The translations under genes and the position numbers were made by a program. This document shows, one piece after another, positions 10,001-19,485 of a stretch of 64,000 bases of DNA (within the stretch, counting starts at the first letter, position 1; the number at the start of each line of letters is the position of its first letter). Source of the DNA: a bacterium (GTDB taxonomy: Bacteria > Planctomycetota > Planctomycetia > Kolteriales > Kolteriaceae); assembly GCA_019748235.1 (NCBI GenBank), contig JAIEPU010000111.1, positions 1,565 to 65,564 on the forward strand, given 5' to 3'. Below the pieces are notes generated by a model. The model worked only from the letters and a program-made list of their open reading frames with translations, searched no databases and had not been told where the DNA came from.

Positions 10001-10510
10001 CTACTTGGTGGTCTTCTTGGCGGCTGGCTTCTTTCGTTCCTTCTTTTCCTTCTTCGCGGGAGCCTTGCCCGATGCTTCTGCGGCGGCGGCAAGTTCGGCC
10101 TTCGCCCTCTTCCCCTTGCGGCTCTTCTTCTTTTCGGCATCGGCCGGAGGAGCATTCATGGGGCGCTCCTTGAGGCGGAACGCACGCTTACCAACGCGAT
10201 CACGCAGGAAGTAGAGCTTCGCGCGACGAACCTTCGCCTTGCGGGTGACGACGAGGCCCGCGATTTTCGGTGAATTGAGGGGGAAACTTCGCTCGACTCC
10301 TTCTCCTTCCACGATTCGGCGAACTGTGAACATTTCACGGGTGCCCGAGCCGCTGCGAGCGATCACCAGACCCGCGAAGGGCTGAATGCGCTCCTTGTCT
10401 CCTTCGAGGATCCGAACCTGGACCTCGACCGAGTCGCCAATTTCAAATTCGAAGCGGTCCGCTCGGAGCGACTTGGCCTCGACCTTTTCCATTATCCGAT
10501 TCATCGACAT
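10001..10510 (-). CDS. rplS: 50S ribosomal protein L19 with a Lys/Ala-rich C-terminal extension
   Basis: L19 core (FEIGDSVEVQVRILEGDKERIQPFAGLVIARSGSG...FTVRRI...GVERSFPLNSP). It is followed by about 50 extra residues (AEKKKSRKGKRAKAELAAAAE...KKEKKERKKPAAKKTTK). Confidence 0.95.
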   Translation of the reverse strand: MSMNRIMEKVEAKSLRADRFEFEIGDSVEVQVRILEGDKERIQPFAGLVIARSGSGTREMFTVRRIVEGEGVERSFPLNSPKIAGLVVTRKAKVRRAKLYFLRDRVGKRAFRLKERPMNAPPADAEKKKSRKGKRAKAELAAAAEASGKAPAKKEKKERKKPAAKKTTK

Positions 10511-10512
10511 CG

Positions 10513-11217
10513 CTAGCTATCCTTCTCATGCGGGTGGCTGACCGATTTGGTTGCCTTTCGAGCTTCTGACCGAAGCCGAGCTTGTTCCCGCCTCCACTCT
10601 GCAATTTCTCGATGATTTCCCCGCAAGAGCACGTCAGGCACTTTCATGCCCCGAAACTCCGGCGGCCGCGTGTACTGCGGGTACTCGATCCAACCAGGTT
10701 GGCTGAACGAATCTTCCGCCGAGCTCTGCTCATCTCCCAGTACACCCGGAATGAGCCTCATCACCGTTTCAATCAAGACCATCGCGGGGACTTCGCCGCC
10801 GTTACAGACGAAGTCGCCGATCGAGATCTCCCAGGGATCGAGCGTCTGACGGACGCGATCGTCGAATCCTTCGTATCGGCCACACAAGAGGATGAGCCTC
10901 TTATGCTCGGCCAATCGCTCGACCACGGGTTGCGTCAGCCGCTCTCCCGCGGGAGTTAGAAGGACGATCCGTCCCGGTTCGTCGCACTTCCCCTTTACCG
11001 CCTCGACACAATCACAGACGAGGTCGGGCTTGAGGACCATCCCCGGTCCGCCGCCGTAAGGTCGGTCATCGACCTTATGATGCTTGCTCTTCGACCAGTC
11101 TCGCATGTTCCATCGATGAACCTCGAAAAGCTTGGCGTCGATCGCCTTCTTGAGAAGACTCTCGCCGAGAAAGCTGTCGAAGATCTCCGGGAACAAGGTC
11201 AGGATGTCGAATCGCAT
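10513..11217 (-). CDS. trmD: tRNA (guanine37-N1)-methyltransferase
   Basis: MRFDILTLFPEIF..., DDRPYGGGPGMVLKP, LLCGRYEGFDDRV and GGE.PAMVLIE are classic TrmD motifs. Confidence 0.95.
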   Translation of the reverse strand: MRFDILTLFPEIFDSFLGESLLKKAIDAKLFEVHRWNMRDWSKSKHHKVDDRPYGGGPGMVLKPDLVCDCVEAVKGKCDEPGRIVLLTPAGERLTQPVVERLAEHKRLILLCGRYEGFDDRVRQTLDPWEISIGDFVCNGGEVPAMVLIETVMRLIPGVLGDEQSSAEDSFSQPGWIEYPQYTRPPEFRGMKVPDVLLRGNHREIAEWRREQARLRSEARKATKSVSHPHEKDS

Positions 11218-11335
11218 GCCGGCACAGACAGTAGGTTCCGTTCGGCTTCGCGATCACGCGTTCCGAATCAGGTTGTTTCCAAGAGTTCCGCGCGCCCACG
11301 GAACTCATCTTCAGTGACTGGCCAACCGCAGCGAA

Positions 11336-11758
11336 TTATTCGCTTGCGGGAGCTTCCTCGGTCGCGGTGGCGGCTTCTGCCGGCTCCGCAGCGGGAGCGG
11401 GTTCTTCCACCGGAGCGGCCGCCGGCTGTTGCTTCACCCGACGAGGCTCTGCCTTCTTCGGGGCAACGGCCACTTCACGCACCTTCCGCTCGTCGATACG
11501 AACGGCGGGAACGTTCCCCTTGTACTTTTCCGCCAGACGCTTGACGTGATCCGTCGGAAGAGCTCCGACGCTCAGCCAGTAGTCATAGCGTTCACCCTTA
11601 AGGCTGACCCGCTTGTCGGTCTCACGGATCATGGGATCGTAGGTGCCGATTTCTTCGATGGTCTTGCCATCGCGCGGCGAACGAGCGTCCATGACGCAGA
11701 TACGGTAATACGGACGGTGTTTGCGTCCGAGCTGCTTGAGTCGAATCCGAACGGCCAC
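11336..11758 (-). CDS. rpsP: 30S ribosomal protein S16 with a Pro/Ala/Glu-rich C-terminal extension
   Basis: (V)AVRIRLKQLGRKHRPYYRICVMDARSPRDGK is the canonical S16 N-terminus. I place the start at the GTG at 11758, while the ORF track extends to 11824. The tail is KKAEPRRVKQQPAAAPVEEPAPAAEPAEAATATEEAPASE. Confidence 0.9.
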   Translation of the reverse strand: MAVRIRLKQLGRKHRPYYRICVMDARSPRDGKTIEEIGTYDPMIRETDKRVSLKGERYDYWLSVGALPTDHVKRLAEKYKGNVPAVRIDERKVREVAVAPKKAEPRRVKQQPAAAPVEEPAPAAEPAEAATATEEAPASE

Positions 11759-11827
11759 GTTTTTCGCTTCCCCAATTACCGAAAACACTTCCGTCAAAAC
11801 AGGTCCTTCCGGGACCCTCTTCAAGAT

Positions 11828-13306
11828 CTACTTTCTATTGCGCTTGCGGTTGGATTTCTTGCGCTGTTTTTCCGCTTTCCGCGCCTTTCGTCGATCTTCC
11901 GCAGAAATATTGGCTCCCCGCTTCGATCTTTCTTTAGTGTTCAACGGGGCCATCCCATTGAGAGCACCTGACCGTTGCAGTCCCATCATCGTTTTGAGAC
12001 GGTCCATCATCGATTGATTCGCCATCCCCTTGATGAGGGAGCGCATCTGCTCGAATTGCTTGATCAACTTGTTGATTTCGTGCGGTTCTGTCCCCGATCC
12101 CCGAGCGATTCGACGGCGTCGGCTATGCTCGATGAGCTCGGGCTTCGCTCGCTCAGCAGGGGTCATCGAGCTGATCATGGCCTCGATCCGGTTGAATTCC
12201 CCTTCCGGATCATCTTGATCACCAAGCATTTGCGACATGCCGGGCATTTGCTCGATAATGCCTCGGAGCGAGCCCATCTGTTTGACGCGCTGGAGCTGGG
12301 TGTAGAAGTCCGAGAGATCGAACTTCCCTTTCTCCATCTTCTCCTGGGCTTTTTTCGCGTCCTCTTCGTTGATGGTTTGCTGGGCTTTTTGAACCAGCCC
12401 AAGCACATCTCCCATTCCGAGGATACGAGACGCCATTCCTTCAGGGCGGAAAGGCTCCAGAGCGTCGAGCTTTTCCCCCATTCCGACGAATTTGATCGGA
12501 ACGCCGGTCACTTCCTTAATGGAAAGGGCCGCACCGCCGCGAGAATCACCGTCCAGTTTGGTGAGGATAATGCCGTCTAATTCGAGCGCATCGTTGAACG
12601 CCCGTGAACTGTTGACGGCGTCTTGACCGGTCAACGAGTCGGCGACGAGAAAGCACTGCTGCGGGTTGCAGCGGCGATCGATCGCCTCGAGCTCTTTCAT
12701 GAGCGCATCGTCGACGTGGAGTCGGCCGGCGGTATCAAGAATCACGATGTTTCGCTTGGTTTTCTCGGCTTCCTTGATGCCGTTCAAGCAAACTTTCACC
12801 GGATCGGTGATCGCCTCGGAGTAGACCGGGATGCCGAGCTGAGCGCCGATGGTCTTGAGCTGTTCAATGGCCGCAGGTCGCTGAAGATCAGCCGCCACTA
12901 GAAGGGGGTGCTGACCCTGGCTGGCAAGAAGCTTCGCGAGCTTACCGCTCGTGGTCGTTTTACCACTACCCTGCAAACCGCAGAGCATGAGCACAGTCGG
13001 ACCACTTCTTTTGAGGGGAATGGCCGGATTCACTGGCCCCATCAGGTTGACGAGTTCCTCGTAGACAACCTGAACAATTTGTTCACTTGGGCGAACGGAT
13101 TTGAGTACATCGCGGCCGAGCGCGGTCTGCTCGACTCGTTGAATGAAACTGTTGACGACTTCGAGACTTACGTCAGCCGACAAAAGGGCGCGGCGAACCT
13201 CGCGCATTCCCTCGTGCATGTTGGCTTCGGTGAACTTGGTCGTTCCTCGAAGCTTTCCGAGTGCGTTTGATAATCCTTGAGTGAGCGACTCGAACACGCT
13301 CGCCAT
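11828..13306 (-). CDS. ffh: Signal recognition particle protein Ffh
   Basis: N/G domain (GLQGSGKTTTSGKLA, DTAGR, TKLDGD) and a Met-rich M domain (MGSLRGIIEQMPGM). It has a basic C-terminal tail. Confidence 0.95.
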   Translation of the reverse strand: MASVFESLTQGLSNALGKLRGTTKFTEANMHEGMREVRRALLSADVSLEVVNSFIQRVEQTALGRDVLKSVRPSEQIVQVVYEELVNLMGPVNPAIPLKRSGPTVLMLCGLQGSGKTTTSGKLAKLLASQGQHPLLVAADLQRPAAIEQLKTIGAQLGIPVYSEAITDPVKVCLNGIKEAEKTKRNIVILDTAGRLHVDDALMKELEAIDRRCNPQQCFLVADSLTGQDAVNSSRAFNDALELDGIILTKLDGDSRGGAALSIKEVTGVPIKFVGMGEKLDALEPFRPEGMASRILGMGDVLGLVQKAQQTINEEDAKKAQEKMEKGKFDLSDFYTQLQRVKQMGSLRGIIEQMPGMSQMLGDQDDPEGEFNRIEAMISSMTPAERAKPELIEHSRRRRIARGSGTEPHEINKLIKQFEQMRSLIKGMANQSMMDRLKTMMGLQRSGALNGMAPLNTKERSKRGANISAEDRRKARKAEKQRKKSNRKRNRK

Positions 13307-13418
13307 CCTCTCTCGTCGGTTGTATTTCGATCATTGCGATCGGGGCAAACCGTTATCTTAGTTAGACATAAACCGCTTTCAATTCTTGTATGCCGTCAGC
13401 AAAGGAAAGGAGCTTTCC

Positions 13419-13862
13419 TCATCCAGGCTCTCCGCGCACGGACTGACAGATTCCGTGAAAAATCTCCTCGCACTCCCCTGCCTCCGGCTGAATGCATTGC
13501 ACATACACAACGACGGTTTGATGCGGCAATCGCCAACTCATGACCCAACAGTAAGCCACCATATCGAGCGTCATGAAAAGCCCTTCGGAACCAACCGCGT
13601 CGTCGAAACGTTCCGCGTCGAAATCGAGGGATTCTACTTCGATTCCGGGGTGTTCATCGCGAACGGAATCGAGTATTTGTTCGACGATCTCATCCGGTTC
13701 TTGGCTGGTGGGATAGATCCCGACGACCCCGAACGAGACCGCGTCGCTTTGCAAAAAAACGGAGATCCCCTCTTCAGAGCGGTCAACCTCGGCTTGCCAG
13801 GTCTTGGGATGGGCAAATCGGACCGACTCCACATTTGCCACTGTCCAGTCATCGATATCCAC
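13419..13862 (-). CDS. Hypothetical acidic protein (147 aa)
   Basis: Its codon usage resembles the neighbours (atc, gac, ttc and ctc preferred). I recognise no family. It competes with a 201-aa plus-strand ORF that I judged less coding-like. Confidence 0.4.
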   Translation of the reverse strand: MDIDDWTVANVESVRFAHPKTWQAEVDRSEEGISVFLQSDAVSFGVVGIYPTSQEPDEIVEQILDSVRDEHPGIEVESLDFDAERFDDAVGSEGLFMTLDMVAYCWVMSWRLPHQTVVVYVQCIQPEAGECEEIFHGICQSVRGEPG

Positions 13863-14070
13863 GCCGGGTTCCTTTTTCTTGCCTCGTTCCCCTCATCATA
13901 TTCCCGAGAGATGCCGAAACGAAATTGCTGCTTTGTCTCGCCAAAATGTCCCCAGATCCCGCTGTTCAACGATCTTGCACGAAAACGGTAGACGGCGTAT
14001 GAGATGGGAGCGATAGGCGGAACTCCGGGGTCGTTCGCACTATCACAGAATGCAAACAGGGATGTTTTTC

Positions 14071-15114
14071 ATGGTTTATTCTGTCGCGGAACTTGCGGAC
14101 TTCGTGGGAGGGACACTCCACGGAGACGGGACCGCTCTCATCCGCTCCGCTCAACCCCACTACTGCGCGACCTCCGATTCCATCACGTTTTTGAGTGGAA
14201 ATAATCGAATCAAACCAGCAGACATTAAAAATGCCGGCGCGATCGTCATTGGAACGGGGAGCGAACTTCCGCAAACGATCCCCTCCATCGAAGTACAATC
14301 ACCGCTCGACGCGATTCTGAAAATCGCGACACGTTTCCGTCCATTGAAATCGAAATCAAACACGGGAATTCATCCGACGGCCGTCATTGATCCGACAGCA
14401 AAAATCGGTGCTCACGTGTCGATCGGGCCTCTGGCTGTCATTGAAGCGGATGTCGAGATCGGGGATTCCTCGGTCATTCACGCTCATGCCGTCATTCGCG
14501 AGGCGTGCCGAATCGGTCGAGAGGTAGAGATTCATCCCCACGCGGTTCTTTATCCGTTCACGATCGTCGGCGATCGAACGATCATCCATGCCGGCGTTGT
14601 CCTCGGATGTGACGGGTTTGGTTATAAGCCGGGCTATCCTGTACACGTGAAAGTCCCTCAATTGGGACACGTAGAGATCGGTGACGACGTCGAGATTGGA
14701 GCAAACACGACCGTCGACCGCGCTACGCTTGGTGCGACGACGATTGGCTTGAGTAGCAAGCTCGACAACCAAGTCATGGTGGGTCACAACTGTCAAATCG
14801 GTCCTCGAAATTTGATCGCGGCGCAAGTCGGGATCGGTGGTTCATGCACCACGGGCGATTTGGTCTGGATGGCGGGTCAAGCCGGCATCGCGGATCATGC
14901 GACCATTGGTGATGGTGCGATGATTCTCGCGGCAGCGGGAGTCGCGCGAAGCGTGGGCCAGGGAGAACGAGTCGCCGGCGCGCCGCATCGCCCGGCGCGA
15001 GATTGGGCAGTCGAACAAAAAGCACTTTCTCGCCTTCCAAAGTTGATCAAAGAGGTCAACCAGCTCCGAAAAATGTTGGAAGGTGGAAAAGACGCGGAAC
15101 GTAAGTGTGCGTGA
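14071..15114 (+). CDS. lpxD: UDP-3-O-acylglucosamine N-acyltransferase
   Basis: The N-terminus MVYSVAELADFVGGTLHGDG parallels the E. coli LpxD start. It has long left-handed hexapeptide repeats (IGAHVSIGPLAVIEADVEIGDSSVIHAHAVI...). The ORF opens at 14050. I prefer the ATG at 14071. Confidence 0.88.
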   Translation: MVYSVAELADFVGGTLHGDGTALIRSAQPHYCATSDSITFLSGNNRIKPADIKNAGAIVIGTGSELPQTIPSIEVQSPLDAILKIATRFRPLKSKSNTGIHPTAVIDPTAKIGAHVSIGPLAVIEADVEIGDSSVIHAHAVIREACRIGREVEIHPHAVLYPFTIVGDRTIIHAGVVLGCDGFGYKPGYPVHVKVPQLGHVEIGDDVEIGANTTVDRATLGATTIGLSSKLDNQVMVGHNCQIGPRNLIAAQVGIGGSCTTGDLVWMAGQAGIADHATIGDGAMILAAAGVARSVGQGERVAGAPHRPARDWAVEQKALSRLPKLIKEVNQLRKMLEGGKDAERKCA

Positions 15115-15157
15115 GACGCGAATGGAATTCGCGTGTTCACTCGATCAGGGATGACGA

Positions 15158-16351
15158 ATGGGACAGGCAGCTGGCAAGCCGAAGCTGTTTATTTCGACAG
15201 GATGTAGCTCATCCGATATCCTCGTCGCGCCCCTCGTTGCTGAACTTCAGCAGCGACAGGCGGTCGGCGAAATCGTGGCAATGGGGGGAGAACCCCTTCG
15301 TGAACTCGGCGCTCGACTCATCTTTGACAGCACTCCTCTGAGCACGATCGGCACCGCACACGGCATTACCATGTTTCTAGGGAAGGGATTCAAACTCCTA
15401 AAGGCACTGAAACAAATCAAACATGAGTTCAAGACGAACCCTCCCGATCTAGCAATCCTGGTCGACAATGCCGGAATCAATTTCCGCGTGATGTCGATCG
15501 CCAAACAGTGCGGCATTCCGGTCCTCTTTTACGTTCCGCCGGAACTCTGGAGCGTTTGGTGGTTTGAACGCGGCATCTTGGCCGGAAGTAACGCGAAATT
15601 CGCCTCGATCTTCCAATCACAAGCCGATGAATACCATCAACTGGGTCTTGATGCCGAGTGGATTGGCCATCCGATCGTTGATCTGCTGGACAAACTTCCC
15701 AAAGCACCACGCGAGGTCGGAAGCCATCCTGTTATTGGACTCTTTCCCGGAAGTCGTCGCCAGGAGGTAAAGCAGCTTCTCTGGTCGATGCGCGAGGGTG
15801 CGGCGCTTCTTCAGCAGTCGGAGCCGAATGCGAAATTCATCATTTGCGCGGCTAATCCCATGGCGCATCGAATCATCAAGCGAGACTTGCCGAACTGGAA
15901 GATTCCGGTGGAGGTCCGTTATCGTCAATCTCATGCTGTCTTGTCGGAATGCCATCTTGCCTTCGCTTGCTCAGGAACGGTAACGCTTGAAGCTACACTG
16001 ATGGGAGTTCCGATCGTCGCGATGTATCGATTGGCTGGAATTCTCGACAACCTCGTTCAAAAGCTAGTGCTCCCGATCGGAAAATACAATCATTTCTCGC
16101 TTCCCAACGTATTGCTCGGTCGAAAAGTCGTGCCTGAGTTGGGGAACAAAGATGTGAATGCGGAGCGGATCACGAAAGAAGCGTTGCGTCTCCTGCGTGA
16201 CACAGACGCGCGAACGACGGTGCTCGACTCGCTGGCGGAGGTCCGCCCCATGTTGGGCGAAGCGGGAGCGGTCCAACGTGCGGCGGATATTGCTGAGAAA
16301 CTAATGTCTGGAACTTCGACTCGCCGTTCGGCCGACCGTCAAGCTGCCTAG
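15158..16351 (+). CDS. lpxB: Lipid-A-disaccharide synthase
   Basis: KLFISTGCSSSDILVAPLVAEL..., DLAILVDNAGINFRV, GLFPGSRRQEVKQL and ACSGTVTLEATLMGVPIV follow the LpxB pattern. Confidence 0.88.
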   Translation: MGQAAGKPKLFISTGCSSSDILVAPLVAELQQRQAVGEIVAMGGEPLRELGARLIFDSTPLSTIGTAHGITMFLGKGFKLLKALKQIKHEFKTNPPDLAILVDNAGINFRVMSIAKQCGIPVLFYVPPELWSVWWFERGILAGSNAKFASIFQSQADEYHQLGLDAEWIGHPIVDLLDKLPKAPREVGSHPVIGLFPGSRRQEVKQLLWSMREGAALLQQSEPNAKFIICAANPMAHRIIKRDLPNWKIPVEVRYRQSHAVLSECHLAFACSGTVTLEATLMGVPIVAMYRLAGILDNLVQKLVLPIGKYNHFSLPNVLLGRKVVPELGNKDVNAERITKEALRLLRDTDARTTVLDSLAEVRPMLGEAGAVQRAADIAEKLMSGTSTRRSADRQAA

Positions 16352-16369
16352 CGAGCGACGAGGGGAAAC

Positions 16370-18190
16370 ATGAGCGATACTGTGGCCGGCACCATTTCGC
16401 CCGATTCTTCTCCGAATGCCCCTGGAGAATCCTCGACCTCGGCGGATCAGCCGTGGGGTGTTTATTTTCGCCTCATGGGTCGGCTTCACCCCTTCCGGTT
16501 TCGTCTTGCCGTTGCACTCATCGCATTGACGGTTGCTTCTCTCGCGATGCTTGCCATCCCTCTACTAGCAAAGAATGTCTTTCAAGAGGCGGTGTTGCAG
16601 AAGGATGAAACGGGGGTCAAGCGAACGCTGCTCCTCGTCCTCTGCGCCGGCGCGGCTATGTCAATCGCGCGATACATCGCGGAAGACCAAATCGGCTTCA
16701 TATCGCTTCGTATGATCGAACGGCTGCGCGTTGAAATCGTCTCAAAGCTGATGCGACTCCCTCTCTGGTACCACGCCAAGGCAAAAACCGGCGAATCGAT
16801 TTCGCGCACATCGAACGACATGATGCTGCTCCAAAGCTTCACCTACGACTCACTCTTTTCGATCGGCAGTGACATCATTCAAGTCGTCGGCGCGATCGCC
16901 TTCCTCTTTTATCTCAACTGGCAACTGACTCTCGTCCTCGTCGCCATCGTCCCGGTAGGAGTCGTGGCCGTCGGCATCAGTTCGAAATGGGTTCGTCGCC
17001 GGACGAGTTTTGTTCAATCTCACCTGGCGGATATGACCGGCCTACTCACCGAACAATTGATCGCCGTTCCCGCCATCCAAGCGTTCGAAGCCATTGAATA
17101 CGAACAAGATCGTTTCGCGACGAGCGCCTCGAAGTACACGCGAGAAGGACGACGGGCGATTCGGATTGCCACCGGCACAAGGGGTTTCGTCAACTTCCTC
17201 GGCATCGTGGCGATCGTCTTCGTTCTGGTTTGCGGATTACAGGGTCTCGATCTCGAAAAGCCGGAAGGGCTCACCAATCTCGTGAGTTTTGCTCTCTTCG
17301 CGGCGATGATCGCGGACCCGATGACGCGCATCACTCGAACACTTTTCGAAATTCAGCGTGCCTTGACTGCCGGTGCTCGCATCTTTGAAATCATCGATCA
17401 AAAGATTGACCTGCATGACGGCCAGCAGGCTCTTTCGGTTCCGGTGCAGGGAGAGATTCGCTTCGAGGGAATCTCGTTCGCCTACCGGAAGGAGGAGCCC
17501 ATTCTCTCGGAGATTGATCTCGAAATACGGCCGAAAGAGAACATCGCCATCGTCGGCGCAAGCGGCTCCGGCAAGTCAACGCTGTCGAGCTTGATCCTTC
17601 GATTCAACGAGCCGAGTTCGGGAAATATCAGCATTGATGGGATCGACGTCCGCGATTTGAAGCTCGCGAACCTTCGGCGTCACATCGGCTGGATGGGACA
17701 AGATCCGCTGCTGGTCAGCGGCACCGTCGCCGACAACATTCGATATGGCAAACGGTCCGCCACAGACGAAGAGATCGAAGATGCGGCGCGCATGACGGCG
17801 GCCGATGAGTTCATTCGAGAACTCCCCCTCGGTTATCAATCGGTCATCGGCGAAAGGGGTGTCGATCTTTCCGGTGGGCAGAGGGCTCGTATCGCGATGG
17901 CCAGGGCCGTCGTCAGATCGCCTGAGATCGTTATCTTCGACGAGTCGACCGCATCCCTCGATACTGACATCGAAATGCAGCTCTGGCGTCGTCTGCGTCC
18001 CTGGATGGCGCAGCGGACGACGATCATCATCGCTCATCGGCTTCTGACGATTCTTGAGATTCCCCGCATTATCGTTCTCGAAAATGGACGGATCGTCGGG
18101 GACGGCAGCGCGAATCAATTACATCGCACATGTCCCACGTTTAGCCGACTGTTTGCTGAGCAAATGAATCTCATGCCCAGCGCAGCGTAA
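16370..18190 (+). CDS. msbA: ABC transporter permease/ATPase fusion, MsbA-like lipid A flippase candidate
   Basis: Six-TM exporter domain followed by Walker A (GASGSGKST), the signature LSGGQRARIA and Walker B (IVIFDESTASLD). It sits between lpxB and lpxL with 18-nt and 12-nt gaps. Confidence 0.75.
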   Translation: MSDTVAGTISPDSSPNAPGESSTSADQPWGVYFRLMGRLHPFRFRLAVALIALTVASLAMLAIPLLAKNVFQEAVLQKDETGVKRTLLLVLCAGAAMSIARYIAEDQIGFISLRMIERLRVEIVSKLMRLPLWYHAKAKTGESISRTSNDMMLLQSFTYDSLFSIGSDIIQVVGAIAFLFYLNWQLTLVLVAIVPVGVVAVGISSKWVRRRTSFVQSHLADMTGLLTEQLIAVPAIQAFEAIEYEQDRFATSASKYTREGRRAIRIATGTRGFVNFLGIVAIVFVLVCGLQGLDLEKPEGLTNLVSFALFAAMIADPMTRITRTLFEIQRALTAGARIFEIIDQKIDLHDGQQALSVPVQGEIRFEGISFAYRKEEPILSEIDLEIRPKENIAIVGASGSGKSTLSSLILRFNEPSSGNISIDGIDVRDLKLANLRRHIGWMGQDPLLVSGTVADNIRYGKRSATDEEIEDAARMTAADEFIRELPLGYQSVIGERGVDLSGGQRARIAMARAVVRSPEIVIFDESTASLDTDIEMQLWRRLRPWMAQRTTIIIAHRLLTILEIPRIIVLENGRIVGDGSANQLHRTCPTFSRLFAEQMNLMPSAA

Positions 18191-18202
18191 AGGGGCACGA
18201 TC

Positions 18203-19243
18203 ATGGCTCAGTTTCTTCGTGAAGTGCAGTATCTGATCGAATATGCGCTCATCTGGCCCGTGGTCATGCTTGCACGAAGCCTAAGCGATAAGAACGCGGA
18301 GCGACTCACGAAGTGGATCGCTCGTGCGGCATACGGAATTCTTTCACGTGACCGGAAATGGGCGTACCGCAATCTCGAACTCGTGTTTGGAACTAATCTC
18401 TCCGCCGAGGAGAAAAGGCGAATCGTCATCGGAGCGTTCGAGACGATTGTGAGAACACGCGTCGAATGTATTCGCTGGACGCCCGAGTGGATGCGCACCC
18501 ACGTCGTCGAAGAGGGTGGCGAAGCGGGTCGGGCATTCCGTGACAAGATGGCGGCTGAAGGAAAAGGAGTCGTGTTGATCACGGCTCACATTGGAAATTA
18601 CGAACTCCTTCCCGCATGGGGACATTATCACGGGTTCCCCACCACCGTCATGTATCGTCCGCAGAACAATTGGCGCGTAGAGCGATTGTTGCTCGGCGCT
18701 CGTCACGAATATCTTCCGAATGCCGTCCGAAGGAGCACGACCGGGCTGATGACGCTTGGATATGTGGTTCGCGAAGGAGGCAATGCGGGCCTTTTGGTCG
18801 ATATGAACACGCTTGACAATCCTGCATTCGTCGACTTTCTCGGTTTCAAAGCCGCCAGTCCGCCGGGAGCGGCCGCACTTGCTCTTTCGACCGGTGCCGC
18901 CGTGATGCTGGCCGTTTCAGTTCGACGCGAAGATGGCAAACACCGGATGATCTTTCATCCTCCGTTCGAGACGATTCGGACCGGCAATAAGCGGCGGGAC
19001 GTCATCGCCAATACGCAGCAGTACATGAAGGCGATCGAATCATACGTGCTCGCATATCCGGAGCAGTACAACTGGCCGCATCCTCGCTGGCGATTTCGCC
19101 CCAACGAGACTTATTGGACGCCGACCATGCCGATCGAGGAGATCGAGAAAGAGCGACTTGCTCCGGTGCATTCCCGAATACCCGACCCAACGCCCGACGA
19201 CATTCGCCGAAGTGCGATCGAGGAGTATCCTCGCGCCGCCTAG
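18203..19243 (+). CDS. Lipid A late (secondary) acyltransferase, LpxL/HtrB family, copy 1
   Basis: HX4E active-site motif (HIGNYE), an N-terminal anchor, and a PEQYNWPHPRW C-terminal motif typical of the lysophospholipid/lipid A acyltransferase family. Confidence 0.75.
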   Translation: MAQFLREVQYLIEYALIWPVVMLARSLSDKNAERLTKWIARAAYGILSRDRKWAYRNLELVFGTNLSAEEKRRIVIGAFETIVRTRVECIRWTPEWMRTHVVEEGGEAGRAFRDKMAAEGKGVVLITAHIGNYELLPAWGHYHGFPTTVMYRPQNNWRVERLLLGARHEYLPNAVRRSTTGLMTLGYVVREGGNAGLLVDMNTLDNPAFVDFLGFKAASPPGAAALALSTGAAVMLAVSVRREDGKHRMIFHPPFETIRTGNKRRDVIANTQQYMKAIESYVLAYPEQYNWPHPRWRFRPNETYWTPTMPIEEIEKERLAPVHSRIPDPTPDDIRRSAIEEYPRAA

Positions 19244-19422
19244 CTCCCACATGGTCGGAGCAATCCACTACCCATTAAACGTTTGGACTTTCGCTACCTT
19301 TCCAATCATCCCACCCTTTCAGGCGGATGGAAAACGTGGGGTCCATTGCTCCACTTCCTTCACAAAACCTGTTCAATCAAATGCCATTCTCTGCTAGAGA
19401 TGGTCGTCTCGTTTCATGGAGG

Positions 19423-19457
19423 GGTTTCACTGCGCGTGAAACCACATTTTAGCTTTC
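19423..19457 (+). terminator. Hairpin plus T-rich tract between the two lpxL paralogues
   Basis: Perfect 8-bp stem GGTTTCAC / GTGAAACC with a 5-nt loop, followed by ACATTTTAGCTTTC. It lies within the 242-nt spacer. Confidence 0.4.
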
Positions 19458-19485
19458 GGAACGCTGATCAGAGGACGACTACTTC

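Noticed and set aside
13386-13991. 201-aa plus-strand ORF overlapping the 147-aa minus-strand hypothetical gene.
   Set aside because: The minus-strand frame has codon usage like neighbouring genes and a plausible acidic globular sequence. The plus-strand product looks like a shadow ORF. Neither has a family assignment, so even the retained call has low confidence.
16370-18190. Possibility that the ABC exporter is the type I secretion ATPase for the RTX-containing giant protein.
   Set aside because: It is embedded in the lpxB-msbA-lpxL operon with 12-18 nt gaps. It has no N-terminal C39/CLD-like domain and no adjacent MFP or OMF gene. It lies more than 18 kb from the giant gene. An MsbA-like role is more parsimonious.
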